NCBI GenBank assembly: GCA_036339735.1
Contig: JAYZAL010000086.1
Span: forward strand, 1-54,940
From: Candidatus Poribacteria bacterium
GTDB lineage: Bacteria > Poribacteria > WGA-4E > UBA9662
DNA length: 54,940 nucleotides
Direction: 5' to 3'
Positions 40,526 to 50,276 of this stretch are shown here, piece after piece. The notes beneath the pieces were generated by a model, which saw only the letters and a program-made list of their open reading frames with translations, had not been told where the DNA came from and searched no databases. The translations under genes and the position numbers were made by a program. Position 1 is the first letter of the stretch. Each line of letters begins with the position of its first letter.

Positions 40526-41356
40526 TTAACGTCGCTTCCCATTCTCGACATCAATTTTTTTCAGTATCCGCCCGATTTCCTCAATGTTTAGGTCAATATT
40601 TGAGTTGGAGGACACGGCCGATTTCATTCTCTCTAAATAAGTACGTGTTTTATCATTCCATACGCCATAAAACGATCGGGTTTCAGGATCCTTGTGATTT
40701 ACACTAAAAGCTGGTGGTATGACTGAGTCATTACTCAAAAAAGGCCTACTACGGTGGCCATAGTAGACTTGTACTGTTTTACGTTCCAACGGCGTAACGC
40801 GTGTAGTAGCGGTATGTAAGACAGAGACATTAAATAAAATAGCAGTTCCTGCTGGACCATAAAGATCGTACCCTCCAGCACGATTTAATTGTTCTTTTGT
40901 CTCTACTACCTGTTCATCGATTCCTTCTGGCGAAATAGAAAAGCAATGCGTTGTTTCATCGACTTGGCTTAAATAAACCATCAATTGGATATAATCGAGA
41001 CGTAGAGGGTGCTCCTTACAATGAGGGCGATCTCTATGCCAGCCTTGATTAAAATCCCCTTCGTAGGGGCCCATATGGCGCAAACAAATTTCAGAGAAAC
41101 AAATTGGTCCACCCATCAGGGTTAGTAATGGTTCCATAACTTTTGGATGCCGAACCAACAGGTCAAATTCCGGAGTCGAAGCTAAGGCGTCACAATTTAT
41201 GGTCTGATGATGACCAAACGAATACCAGTAGTCTGGATAAGTAGCCCGATCGTATTCGTAATAAGCCAAAAATTCATCTACCTCTTTGTCATTGAAAATT
41301 TTGCCGAGTGAGAGGTAACCATGTTTCTGAAAAAATTGGTAATTTTCGATATTCAT
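40526..41356 (-). CDS. PhyH family Fe(II)/2OG dioxygenase
   Basis: FFQKHGYL, WHRD, AGTAILFN..LH, ERK. Confidence 0.88.
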   Translation of the reverse strand: MNIENYQFFQKHGYLSLGKIFNDKEVDEFLAYYEYDRATYPDYWYSFGHHQTINCDALASTPEFDLLVRHPKVMEPLLTLMGGPICFSEICLRHMGPYEGDFNQGWHRDRPHCKEHPLRLDYIQLMVYLSQVDETTHCFSISPEGIDEQVVETKEQLNRAGGYDLYGPAGTAILFNVSVLHTATTRVTPLERKTVQVYYGHRSRPFLSNDSVIPPAFSVNHKDPETRSFYGVWNDKTRTYLERMKSAVSSNSNIDLNIEEIGRILKKIDVENGKRR

Positions 41357-41372
41357 TTCTATGAGCTAATAA

Positions 41373-42377
41373 CTAGTTAATCCTTATTTCACCCATTTTA
41401 TCGGATGATTTGTAAATGGCGTCTAGCATTTTCATTAGGGTTATTCCCTGCTCAGCAGAGGCTATCGGTGTTTCGCCACTTATTACACAATCAATGAAGT
41501 GGTTAACCTCGGCACGATACCCATTGACATTTTCCACTTCTGGCACTATATCCTGATCGTCTTTATAAATGGTCAAAGGGTCGATTTTTCCACCAGCCAG
41601 AGTACCCGCAATTTGTGTATAACCACCACCAGGCAAATTCAGAGCCCAAGTAGCTTCAAGCATCAGAGTCGCACCATTTTCGAACCTAATCTGAGCAAAT
41701 GCAGAGTCATCAACATCATACTTGACATCTTTTGGTACCAAATGCTTAAAGTGAGAAAATGTAGCGCCTAACACAGAAATGGGTTTAGGAGACCCCATCA
41801 GCCACCAACACCGATCAAGAGCATGAACTCCAATGTCGATAAGACCACCACCACCCGATCGTGATTTATCTACGAACCAAGCACCAGCACCAATCGGGAT
41901 ACCACGCCGACGTACATAGCCAGCCCGACCGAAATAAATTTGGCCGAGTTCTCCATCATCAACCATTTTTCGTAACGCTTGCGCATCAGCAGAAAAACGC
42001 AAGACTAGAGCATACATTAAAGTCTTGTCATTCTTTTCCGCAGCCTCTGCCATAGCAATAGCTTCTTCGGAATTACGAGCAGGAGGCTTCTCACATAAAA
42101 CATGCTTGCCTGCGTTCAGTGCATCGATTGTGACAGGTGCATGAAGGAAATTAGGCAGACCAATACTAACAACATCAATCTCTGATTGTTCCAACATTTT
42201 TTGATGGTCAGTAAAAACATGAGCAATATTGTTTTCTTTTGCAATTTGACGCGCTCGATCTTCATCCATATCACAAACAGCAATAACCTCTGATTGCGGA
42301 TTTTCTACGTAACCTTTCAAATGTTCACAACCGGCCCATCCTAGACCGATAATAGCCGCCTTTACTTTGTTTGACAT
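41373..42377 (-). CDS. Gfo/Idh/MocA family oxidoreductase
   Basis: IIGLG, GKHVLCEKP, GGGGLIDIGVH. Start moved to MSNKVK (ATG 42377) because of an AGGAG RBS and to avoid overlap with the upstream gene. Confidence 0.92.
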   Translation of the reverse strand: MSNKVKAAIIGLGWAGCEHLKGYVENPQSEVIAVCDMDEDRARQIAKENNIAHVFTDHQKMLEQSEIDVVSIGLPNFLHAPVTIDALNAGKHVLCEKPPARNSEEAIAMAEAAEKNDKTLMYALVLRFSADAQALRKMVDDGELGQIYFGRAGYVRRRGIPIGAGAWFVDKSRSGGGGLIDIGVHALDRCWWLMGSPKPISVLGATFSHFKHLVPKDVKYDVDDSAFAQIRFENGATLMLEATWALNLPGGGYTQIAGTLAGGKIDPLTIYKDDQDIVPEVENVNGYRAEVNHFIDCVISGETPIASAEQGITLMKMLDAIYKSSDKMGEIRIN

Positions 42378-42420
42378 CCTTGTACAACTCCTAAAACATA
42401 TTTGATGGTAATTTTTTCTA

Positions 42421-43488
42421 TCAGAGAGGAAAGTTAATTCGCTGACCACTCTGAGCAGAAGTGTAAGCTCCCAATACCATCTCAACAGCCACACGACCAT
42501 CGTAGGCATTTGAGGATGGTGGTATATCGTTTTTGATATGGTTAATCCATGCTCTGGGAATACTGGCTATACGTTCACCGTGTCCATCCGGTATAGGAAT
42601 TCCCAAGTCTAGCCAGCCTGGTTTACTATTTTGGTAGAGTTTGAGTGCAACTGCATTGTCTGGTCTGTCGATGTTACATGACGGTCCATCCCCATAATTC
42701 TGAATTATTACACCTTTGTCTCCATAAATCTCGGTTGTGTTTTCACCAGCTAAAGTGACAGAGGTATTGACAAGAATAGCCATGGCACCTGTGTCAAATC
42801 GGTAGATGGCAATTCCAGTATCGTCTGGTGCAACGTCAGTCAGCACATTATCGATTTCGGCCATTACACTCACTGGTTTGCCTAGCATCCAGTGGATGAA
42901 ATCAGTAGCATGTGACGCATCGTCCATAAACATACCCATATTTTTGACCGGATCTATGTGCCATTTGGAATCTCCAGTAACAAAATTGTGGTTGAATAAT
43001 GCAGGAATACAGTGTCTTCTCCGTAGTAAACCAATTCTTCCTACATCTCCATTGCTTATTAAATCTTTCATCTTTTTGTTAGCTGGATCTTCTCGCATTT
43101 GGTGTGCCATCATAAAGCGAACTCCGCTCTTTTCCACTGTATTGATCATGCGATCACAATCACTTAGGGTCAGAGCCATTGGCTTTTGACACAAAATATC
43201 CTTACCATTTTCTGCTGCAGCAATGACCATTTCAGCATGTCGATTCGTTTCACAAGTGACAATTATAGCATCAACTTTTGGGTGATTAATAACATCTTCC
43301 ACGTAAGGGGTATAAGGAATACCAAATCGATCTGCTGAAGTTTGCCCTCGATTCTGGTTATCATCCCAACAAATGATGATATTAGCATCATCAAAGTTTG
43401 CCAACTTACTACAATACGCGTTGACATGCCCATGAGCAAAGCTGATTATCCCAACGCCAATTTTTTCTGATCCAGTTATAATTTTCAT
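42421..43488 (-). CDS. Gfo/Idh/MocA family oxidoreductase
   Basis: GKDILCQKPMA, GMFMDDASHATD. Confidence 0.9.
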   Translation of the reverse strand: MKIITGSEKIGVGIISFAHGHVNAYCSKLANFDDANIIICWDDNQNRGQTSADRFGIPYTPYVEDVINHPKVDAIIVTCETNRHAEMVIAAAENGKDILCQKPMALTLSDCDRMINTVEKSGVRFMMAHQMREDPANKKMKDLISNGDVGRIGLLRRRHCIPALFNHNFVTGDSKWHIDPVKNMGMFMDDASHATDFIHWMLGKPVSVMAEIDNVLTDVAPDDTGIAIYRFDTGAMAILVNTSVTLAGENTTEIYGDKGVIIQNYGDGPSCNIDRPDNAVALKLYQNSKPGWLDLGIPIPDGHGERIASIPRAWINHIKNDIPPSSNAYDGRVAVEMVLGAYTSAQSGQRINFPL

Positions 43489-43621
43489 GTTATGTGTCTC
43501 TAAAAGGGGTATTTGTCATCTTGTATTTTTTGAGAATTAATCCCAAAAATCAAACAAGAATCGCTTCGTTACTAATTTTTTGCTTGGGGTTTATATGAAT
43601 TTAAAAGACCATGCCCAACTA

Positions 43622-45595
43622 TCAGAAAGACTGATTAACTCGCAGGGCGTAACGAGGAGAGTTAAACCAATTGTCTTTGGTATAAAAACCTGAGAAAGGA
43701 ACCGCTACTTCGATTCGAATTTGCCCTTCCTGTGTCAATATCCCAGTACCTAAACCTAATGACAGACCATACTGTGCCAGGCGATGTTCTTTCTTATACC
43801 AAACATAACCACCATCCGAGAACACATAGCCCATTACACGCCTCGGGTGTAAGTAAGCATATTCGATATTGTACGCAACCAATCGAGTCCCAACGAATCT
43901 GCGCGGTTGAAAACCTCGTAGATTCAATCCCCCCAAATAAAATAATCTTTGTGGTAAGTAATCTACTTCAGATAACAAGCCTGCTTGCCATCTTAGATTA
44001 AATGCCTGATTTTTCCCAATTTGATTATAGCGAGTTAACTGTAGAATCAATTTTGTAAAATCAAGATCCTCAACCATTGACTGGTACGTTTTCTCAACAG
44101 TTGCGTAACCTAACCATCCTGTTGTAGGTGCTGGACTTGGCAGGAATCGGTCACGAAAAAATCTAGTGTACGTTTGTTTATCATTTCTAGTATCTAGTGA
44201 AAGGGTTAAAGTTGCCGATTGCAGGTCAGCTGACTGAATTCGTTGATTGCCTCTCTTGGGCTGAGATTTATCTGCGAGACTCCAGTCAGTATACTTGTTC
44301 AGGTTACCATGACTTTCGTCAGTCAGAGTTAATTCAAGAAAGCAGGCTGGCGAAAACTGATGCGTTAACCAAACTTGTCCACCTGTTCGTTCATAGTAAT
44401 CTAAAGCCGCAATACCCCAGATGCTAGCATCCAGCAACTCTTGATAATCAAACTGATCTACGTCATTAATTATGTCGGTTACTCTGTAAACAAGCAAACC
44501 TGCCGTGATTGATGGGAAACCGTCTTTCCTCCATCGCCAAGTCTGCTTGATACCTAACTGATGATACAATGGTCGATGATTTCCGCCACCACCAAACAAA
44601 CGTGTCATGGATAAAGTCAAGCTGATCCAGTATTTACGTGATGGCATACTATGGCTATGGATTGCAGTATTTCCGCCCAATACCCAACCATTGACTCGAT
44701 TAAAGTCTAAGACGGGAACAGGAAAAAATTTTAATTTGGGTTTCCAATCTTGATTATTAGGCTCGCTAACTATTTGATTTTTCTCAGATTTTTGGATCCC
44801 TGGTTCGTGTGAGAGCTTGATTTTACCCGTTTCACCTGTCTTCAAAGAAACTAAATGGTCAGTTTCTCCTTCTGCATTAGATAAAAACCGAGATTGTTCT
44901 TCCCCTTGCCAAATTTCAAAACTAGCTAAAAAACCATCAGGCAAATCTAGGGTGATATTACCATCGGGAGCATTGAGGGTTAATCCTGCAGTTTGTTGAT
45001 CCAATACTTTTAAATCAATATCACCTGATCGAGTAGAAAAGAGATTTTCACCTTCATTGAGAAGTATGTGTCCGTTGATTTTTCCCTCTACTAGATTAAT
45101 TTGATACTGGCCCGTGGTCTTTTGAAGATTAATATCTCCTTTTTGCAACTGAATATTGACATTTCCCCTTAACTGACTCAAAAAGATATCACCCGTAATA
45201 GATTTAATAGTAATTGATAAGTCAGGTGGCGTTTGAATCTTTAAGTCTAGCCCCGTGAGTAAATAATCTGTATCTGTATTTAAACTCACGTGAACAACAT
45301 CGTCAACCTTATCAATCTTCAGAAATTCACTGAAACTTGGGTTGACTTCACTTTTATCGGTCGAAACTGTTTCAATTTCAATCTGATTACTACTAACTCC
45401 TTCAATAGAAATATTCCCAAAAATAGGCCACTCAATTTTTAAAGCATAAACATCATCGTAACTAATATAACTTTGGCTAGCCCAACTTGACAGTACACAA
45501 AATCCAAAGAGGTAAAACAAACAGTTAAAAAAGATCAGATGACTGGAAAATTTCTTCACTTTAATCCAAAATAATAGAAATCTATCAAACTTCAA
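43622..45595 (-). CDS. DUF4097/adhesin-like beta-repeat domain fused to Omp85/BamA-type beta-barrel
   Basis: Repeated GDI/GNV/GKI strands N-terminally; FNRVNGW, YLGGLNLRGF lid motif and terminal Phe in the C-terminal half. Confidence 0.7.
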   Translation of the reverse strand: MKFDRFLLFWIKVKKFSSHLIFFNCLFYLFGFCVLSSWASQSYISYDDVYALKIEWPIFGNISIEGVSSNQIEIETVSTDKSEVNPSFSEFLKIDKVDDVVHVSLNTDTDYLLTGLDLKIQTPPDLSITIKSITGDIFLSQLRGNVNIQLQKGDINLQKTTGQYQINLVEGKINGHILLNEGENLFSTRSGDIDLKVLDQQTAGLTLNAPDGNITLDLPDGFLASFEIWQGEEQSRFLSNAEGETDHLVSLKTGETGKIKLSHEPGIQKSEKNQIVSEPNNQDWKPKLKFFPVPVLDFNRVNGWVLGGNTAIHSHSMPSRKYWISLTLSMTRLFGGGGNHRPLYHQLGIKQTWRWRKDGFPSITAGLLVYRVTDIINDVDQFDYQELLDASIWGIAALDYYERTGGQVWLTHQFSPACFLELTLTDESHGNLNKYTDWSLADKSQPKRGNQRIQSADLQSATLTLSLDTRNDKQTYTRFFRDRFLPSPAPTTGWLGYATVEKTYQSMVEDLDFTKLILQLTRYNQIGKNQAFNLRWQAGLLSEVDYLPQRLFYLGGLNLRGFQPRRFVGTRLVAYNIEYAYLHPRRVMGYVFSDGGYVWYKKEHRLAQYGLSLGLGTGILTQEGQIRIEVAVPFSGFYTKDNWFNSPRYALRVNQSF

Positions 45596-46434
45596 TCATC
45601 TCTTCTGATTGCATCATTCGTAGTATTTGGTAAAGGCTGTGGATTCATCAAAAGGCTGAGATCATCAGGTTCCTCGACTTTCGTTATTACTAGTTCTTCC
45701 CGTCGGTTATCTGCAACTTTTTTCAGTTTCCATTGATCCAGAATAGAAAATTTTCGCCATCGAAGTTTGATAATCTTGCGGTGGTCAAGTTCCGACAGAT
45801 ACTGATCTATCAGGCCAACATTTGTACCTAAGAGCCGAGCAATTTGAGTACGAAAGAACTCGAGTTTTCCGTGCAAAATTCCGTTCTCAATTTTACCGTT
45901 CATCGCAGCTTGCTTAATCAAAAAAAAAGCTAAGCGAGACGAAACAGACCGCTCAATCACAAAATCAAGTGGATAGTAGATTTTCCTAAATAAAAGCTTG
46001 CGAACCCACAGATTAAGGGTGGGGTACTTTTTCAATAGTAGGTTAAATTCCCATAAGGGTATTATCAATAATCGAACGGGATCAATGCTTTCAGCGGTAA
46101 TAGATCCTCGGGACTCGGTTGAAATCGGACGCTCCCCCAAAACATCTCCGGATTCAATGACCACTTTGGTTTCCAATTCTGTTTTGATAGTATGCTCTTG
46201 TTCCTCTGAGGATTCATCGTCAAAAATACTACCTTCAGCTGGAGATTGTAATTTAACTCTTCCGACCTCTACCAGGTAGACAATCTCACCTAACTCATCA
46301 GCGTGGTGAATCGGTTGGTAACGGTCTAATTCTACTGTTTTTAGCGTTCTTTCTCGAATGGCTTTGGCTGGTAAATGCTGAAAAAGATTAATGCCTTTGA
46401 CAGTCCAAAAACGTTCCTGATTTTTTTGATTCAT
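45592..46434 (-). CDS. Crp/Fnr family transcriptional regulator
   Basis: VYLVEVGRVKL, GDVLGE, SRLAFFL, RTQIARLLGT HTH. Confidence 0.85.
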   Translation of the reverse strand: MNQKNQERFWTVKGINLFQHLPAKAIRERTLKTVELDRYQPIHHADELGEIVYLVEVGRVKLQSPAEGSIFDDESSEEQEHTIKTELETKVVIESGDVLGERPISTESRGSITAESIDPVRLLIIPLWEFNLLLKKYPTLNLWVRKLLFRKIYYPLDFVIERSVSSRLAFFLIKQAAMNGKIENGILHGKLEFFRTQIARLLGTNVGLIDQYLSELDHRKIIKLRWRKFSILDQWKLKKVADNRREELVITKVEEPDDLSLLMNPQPLPNTTNDAIRRDD

Positions 46435-46443
46435 ACTATTACG

Positions 46444-47286
46444 CTAGTCGTTGGATTTCTTTTTCGTCGATTGGAAAGAAGCATAATGGCGACCTAAAGC
46501 AGTTAATTGATTCTTTTCGTCGAACAGAGCAGATCGGCCGAGAGCTCGGTTTGTTGTCTTGGCAGAAAACCAAGCATATCTAATAACATAATCCAAATGC
46601 TCCAAAGCAGGAAGAACCTTTCTCATAAATTCTAATACATCTTCTTCAGTATGTCTGTTCTCTTCAACTGATTTCGCATCCCAATCAGCAGGAGCAAATT
46701 CAGTAATCCAAATTGGCCGATTGTATTTCGTGTAGAGCCGATCAAGTTTTTTCAGCAATCCCTGAACACTTCTTCCTCCATAATGGTGGACGCAGATGAA
46801 GTCAACTCGGAGGCCAAGCTGATCTACCTTCTTCATAAAGTCTACCATCCATTTGTTTTCTGGGTTGACAGTAGCCGGCGAGCCTAAAGGTAAACCAATA
46901 GCCTCTAATTTGGGCCAAAGAGCAATCGCCTCATCAACAGACATATTCGACTGAATTCGGCTATCGGGCTCGTTGAAACCTAATATAAACCTAATTTGGT
47001 TTTTGTTTTTTAATTTGATTAAGTAATCAATGTCTTCATCTTTGAACCATTTGCCCCAAAACATAGGAACAAATTCAATGTTTCGGGGTCCTTTTTCTAT
47101 TGATTCGCGCCCCCAGCTATAGTACCAATAAGGGTTTAATTGTGATATTTTGGACGACCATTGACCAGATTTTCGACTAAAACAAGCTCCCTTCTTACCT
47201 GTAACTAGGACTTCTTCAGTACTCTGGCCAGCCGAGGCACAAAATAGGTTGACTGAAATTAAATAGATAAAAAGGAGTCGACCCAT
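46444..47286 (-). CDS. GH128 (Glyco_hydro_cc) putative beta-1,3-glucanase
   Basis: WYYSW, EFVPMFW, GFNEPD, PIWITEFA, RYAWF; signal peptide. Confidence 0.88.
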   Translation of the reverse strand: MGRLLFIYLISVNLFCASAGQSTEEVLVTGKKGACFSRKSGQWSSKISQLNPYWYYSWGRESIEKGPRNIEFVPMFWGKWFKDEDIDYLIKLKNKNQIRFILGFNEPDSRIQSNMSVDEAIALWPKLEAIGLPLGSPATVNPENKWMVDFMKKVDQLGLRVDFICVHHYGGRSVQGLLKKLDRLYTKYNRPIWITEFAPADWDAKSVEENRHTEEDVLEFMRKVLPALEHLDYVIRYAWFSAKTTNRALGRSALFDEKNQLTALGRHYASFQSTKKKSND

Positions 47287-48839
47287 GAAGTCTTTTTCTT
47301 CCCTTGGTTTTGAATTGTTTCTTTTATGGCTTTTGGTAATTCATTGAGAATATCAGTTGCCATTAGACTGTACTCTCCGAGGCGTGCAGATGCTATATCT
47401 CCAGCTAAACCGTGGAGGTAGACACTTGTTACGGCTGATTGTGTTGCTGTGAGGCCTTGCGCCATAAAGCCAGCGATCACACCAGTTAAAACGTCCCCTG
47501 AACCAGCCGTCGCAAGGCCAGAATTCCCAGTTGAATTTAGCCAAACCTGACCATCTGGGCTTGCTATGGTGACAGGAACACTTTTTAGAACTACTGTCAA
47601 CTGATAGTGCTGAGCAAATTCAGTAGCTATAGCAATTGGATCTTCGATAATAAAATCAACTGGGCGATCAATGAGTCGAGACATTTCACCTAGATGAGGT
47701 GTAATCACTAACTGACGATTATTGGCATTCGATAACATCGAAAACGAGTCAACCGATTTAGCCAAGGCATTGAGACCATCAGCGTCAATTACCAATGGCT
47801 GACTAAGAGAATGTACTAGTTGATGTATCAAGGCAACGGTTTTTGGGTTTTGTGATAAACCTGGCCCAATAGCAACGATAGTTTCCTTTTTATTAATGTG
47901 AGCACAAATTGCCGGCTCAGCTGATAAGTTCAGGCTCCCAGTTTCCGTATCGGGAAGTGGTAATGTCATTGCTTCAGTCAACTTTACAGCTATGATATTG
48001 TTTAAGCTCTGAGGTATACCGACCGTCACTAGGCCTGCTCCCGACTTCAGAACAGCACTGCTGGTTAGCGTAGCGGCTCCTGTCATCCCAGCTGACCCTG
48101 CTAGTACGAACACTCGACCAAATTTACCTTTATGGCTATTAGCTGAACGTATCGGTAATAATAGGTCAGTTAAATGAGTCTTATAAGTACTGATCATTTG
48201 CTGTTCGATAACTGCAGATGGGAAACCAATATCTACGACTCGAACTTGTCCGGCTATCGTTGCTCCTGGTTCAACTACTAGACCAATCTTAGTCAGGCCG
48301 ACTGTAATTGTAAGATTAGCTTTTACTGTTTCGCCTAATGGCTGCCCAGTATCAGTATTTAAACCGGATGGAACGTCGATCGAAACTATCTTAGCGTTGG
48401 ATTTGTTGATTGCTTGAATTACCTTAGCTGTATGGCCTTCAACGGGTCGACTCAAACCAATACCAAAAATTGCATCGACCAAGACATCATGATCGAAGAC
48501 TGGTATAGTTTGCATTATATCAACAATTGACAACCCCAAATTTTGGGCAATTTTAAAGTTGACTTGAGCAGAAGGTGTAAAATCATGTGCACCCGAAACT
48601 AAATAGACTGTAACGGTTCGGCCTAAATGGGCTAAATAACGGGCTATAACTAATCCGTCCCCACCATTATTACCTTTGCCAATAATTACACCAAAAGTTC
48701 GTTCTCTTGGTAATTGTTGTTGAATGACTTCCACCATTTTTTGTCCTGCATTTTCCATCAAGACTAGGGCTGGGATGCCAATTTCTTGGATAGTTTGCTG
48801 ATCAATCTGACGCATTTGACTCGCGTTAACGATCATCAT
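47259..48839 (-). CDS. nnr: bifunctional NAD(P)H-hydrate epimerase/dehydratase
   Basis: LMENAG, GKGNNGGDG, DAIFG, DVPSG, HKG, IDADGL, TPH.GE, AGSGDVLTG. Confidence 0.95.
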   Translation of the reverse strand: MMIVNASQMRQIDQQTIQEIGIPALVLMENAGQKMVEVIQQQLPRERTFGVIIGKGNNGGDGLVIARYLAHLGRTVTVYLVSGAHDFTPSAQVNFKIAQNLGLSIVDIMQTIPVFDHDVLVDAIFGIGLSRPVEGHTAKVIQAINKSNAKIVSIDVPSGLNTDTGQPLGETVKANLTITVGLTKIGLVVEPGATIAGQVRVVDIGFPSAVIEQQMISTYKTHLTDLLLPIRSANSHKGKFGRVFVLAGSAGMTGAATLTSSAVLKSGAGLVTVGIPQSLNNIIAVKLTEAMTLPLPDTETGSLNLSAEPAICAHINKKETIVAIGPGLSQNPKTVALIHQLVHSLSQPLVIDADGLNALAKSVDSFSMLSNANNRQLVITPHLGEMSRLIDRPVDFIIEDPIAIATEFAQHYQLTVVLKSVPVTIASPDGQVWLNSTGNSGLATAGSGDVLTGVIAGFMAQGLTATQSAVTSVYLHGLAGDIASARLGEYSLMATDILNELPKAIKETIQNQGKKKTSWVDSFLSI

Positions 48840-48853
48840 TCTAGCCTCATCAT

Positions 48854-49417
48854 CTAAATCTGCCGGTATGCATCCTCACGGTAGATTAGGACTTGTGCCA
48901 TATTCCGTGGGATAGTAACCTGTAGAGCCTTTCGCTTATTTCTTTCATCTTTTACTACTAGCTGGGTACGAAGCATTCCGGTCATGGTGATCATACCAGA
49001 CTCAAAATAGACCCACATTTTCTGCTTCGTATAGGGATTGATGATGAATTCTTCGTCGGGGTGAAAAAAATCATAGGTTGGAAAATCAAGTTCGACAGCC
49101 TTGTCAAATCCTTCTAGGACCAGCTGATCTGGTGGAGTCTTAGGCTTGTAACCACTTAATCTACACGTAGCCAGACGTGCGGGGCCACCGTCATCATTAG
49201 TGAATTCCAAAGAAATAAAGATCGCTAGTTTTCGATTGTCATCGCGCGTCACAAACCATGTATCTTCGATGATTTGTTCAACGGACAACCCAGGGATTTG
49301 ACGATTTCGATCATATAAAACCGCCAATATTACCACCAGAGTCAAACCAAGTACGGTCCAATTTCCTATCGGGGTTTTGATGAATTCGAAAAGTAAGTGC
49401 AATGTCTGTTGCAGCAT
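48854..49417 (-). CDS. hypothetical membrane-anchored protein
   Basis: Single N-terminal TM helix followed by a beta-rich domain; operon position. Confidence 0.65.
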   Translation of the reverse strand: MLQQTLHLLFEFIKTPIGNWTVLGLTLVVILAVLYDRNRQIPGLSVEQIIEDTWFVTRDDNRKLAIFISLEFTNDDGGPARLATCRLSGYKPKTPPDQLVLEGFDKAVELDFPTYDFFHPDEEFIINPYTKQKMWVYFESGMITMTGMLRTQLVVKDERNKRKALQVTIPRNMAQVLIYREDAYRQI

Positions 49418-49448
49418 TTTTATTTTTGCTGTTATTACGACTATTAAT

Positions 49449-50258
49449 CTATTCCGCCGTCGCTGTTAATGTAACCTCGGATTCGCCACTAAAACCGGAA
49501 ATCACCTCAAATGTGCGTTGGCCACTACCATTCATCCTGACCGACGGTGGGAAATAGGCATATAAGGCTGTATTACGTGGGGTTGGCGACTGGTTAGCTA
49601 ATGAACCGTGAACCATTAAACTATGGAAAAGCAGGGCACTACCAGCTTTTAAGGGTACATGGATTTGGTTTGACAAGTCAATATCAGTTCGATCGGTTAG
49701 GGGTTCGTCATGTCGACGTGAAATCCGTCCCCAATCTTGTAATCCCCATCGGTGGCTTTTAGGAATTACTTGCAAACAACCATTTTCAGGTGTAGCATCA
49801 TTAAGAGCAATACTAACTGTTATTAGAGAAGGAGGATTCATCGGCCAATACGCAGAGTCCTGATGTAAACCGTGAGCAGACCCATGAAAAGCTGGCTTGA
49901 ACATCAGTGTACTTCGAAAAAGCAATAGGTCCCTCCCGATCAGGTTCCGTACAGTTTGTACTAACTTCGGGTGCCTTGCCAAATTAAAAAAAACAGTCGA
50001 AAGACGTCCTGTACGCTCAACTTTTCGCAACACTGGATAATCATTTGGTTGCGATTCGTCTGTTTTTTCTGAATCCATATAAGGCTCGAGCTGAAAATAG
50101 CTAGCCCGCTGATCCCCAGTTTCAAAATAGCCTTTGGCTTTCTGATGTAGAGTCTGGATTTCATTTTGGCAAGATCTAACTTCATCTTCTGATAACAACT
50201 GTTCAACGATTAGATACCCCTCAGATTCAAAATAATTTTTTTGGTCATTTTCATTCAT
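49449..50258 (-). CDS. PhyH family Fe(II)/2OG dioxygenase
   Basis: FESEGYL, LHQDSAYW, ENGCLQVIPKSH, VHGSLANQS..PR. Confidence 0.92.
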   Translation of the reverse strand: MNENDQKNYFESEGYLIVEQLLSEDEVRSCQNEIQTLHQKAKGYFETGDQRASYFQLEPYMDSEKTDESQPNDYPVLRKVERTGRLSTVFFNLARHPKLVQTVRNLIGRDLLLFRSTLMFKPAFHGSAHGLHQDSAYWPMNPPSLITVSIALNDATPENGCLQVIPKSHRWGLQDWGRISRRHDEPLTDRTDIDLSNQIHVPLKAGSALLFHSLMVHGSLANQSPTPRNTALYAYFPPSVRMNGSGQRTFEVISGFSGESEVTLTATAE

Positions 50259-50276
50259 ATAAATTGAGCTCCTTCG

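Noticed and set aside
42378-42509. N-terminal extension of the 41373 oxidoreductase in the ORF track
   Set aside because: It overlaps the upstream gene, and the internal ATG at 42377 has an AGGAG RBS and starts the Rossmann fold.
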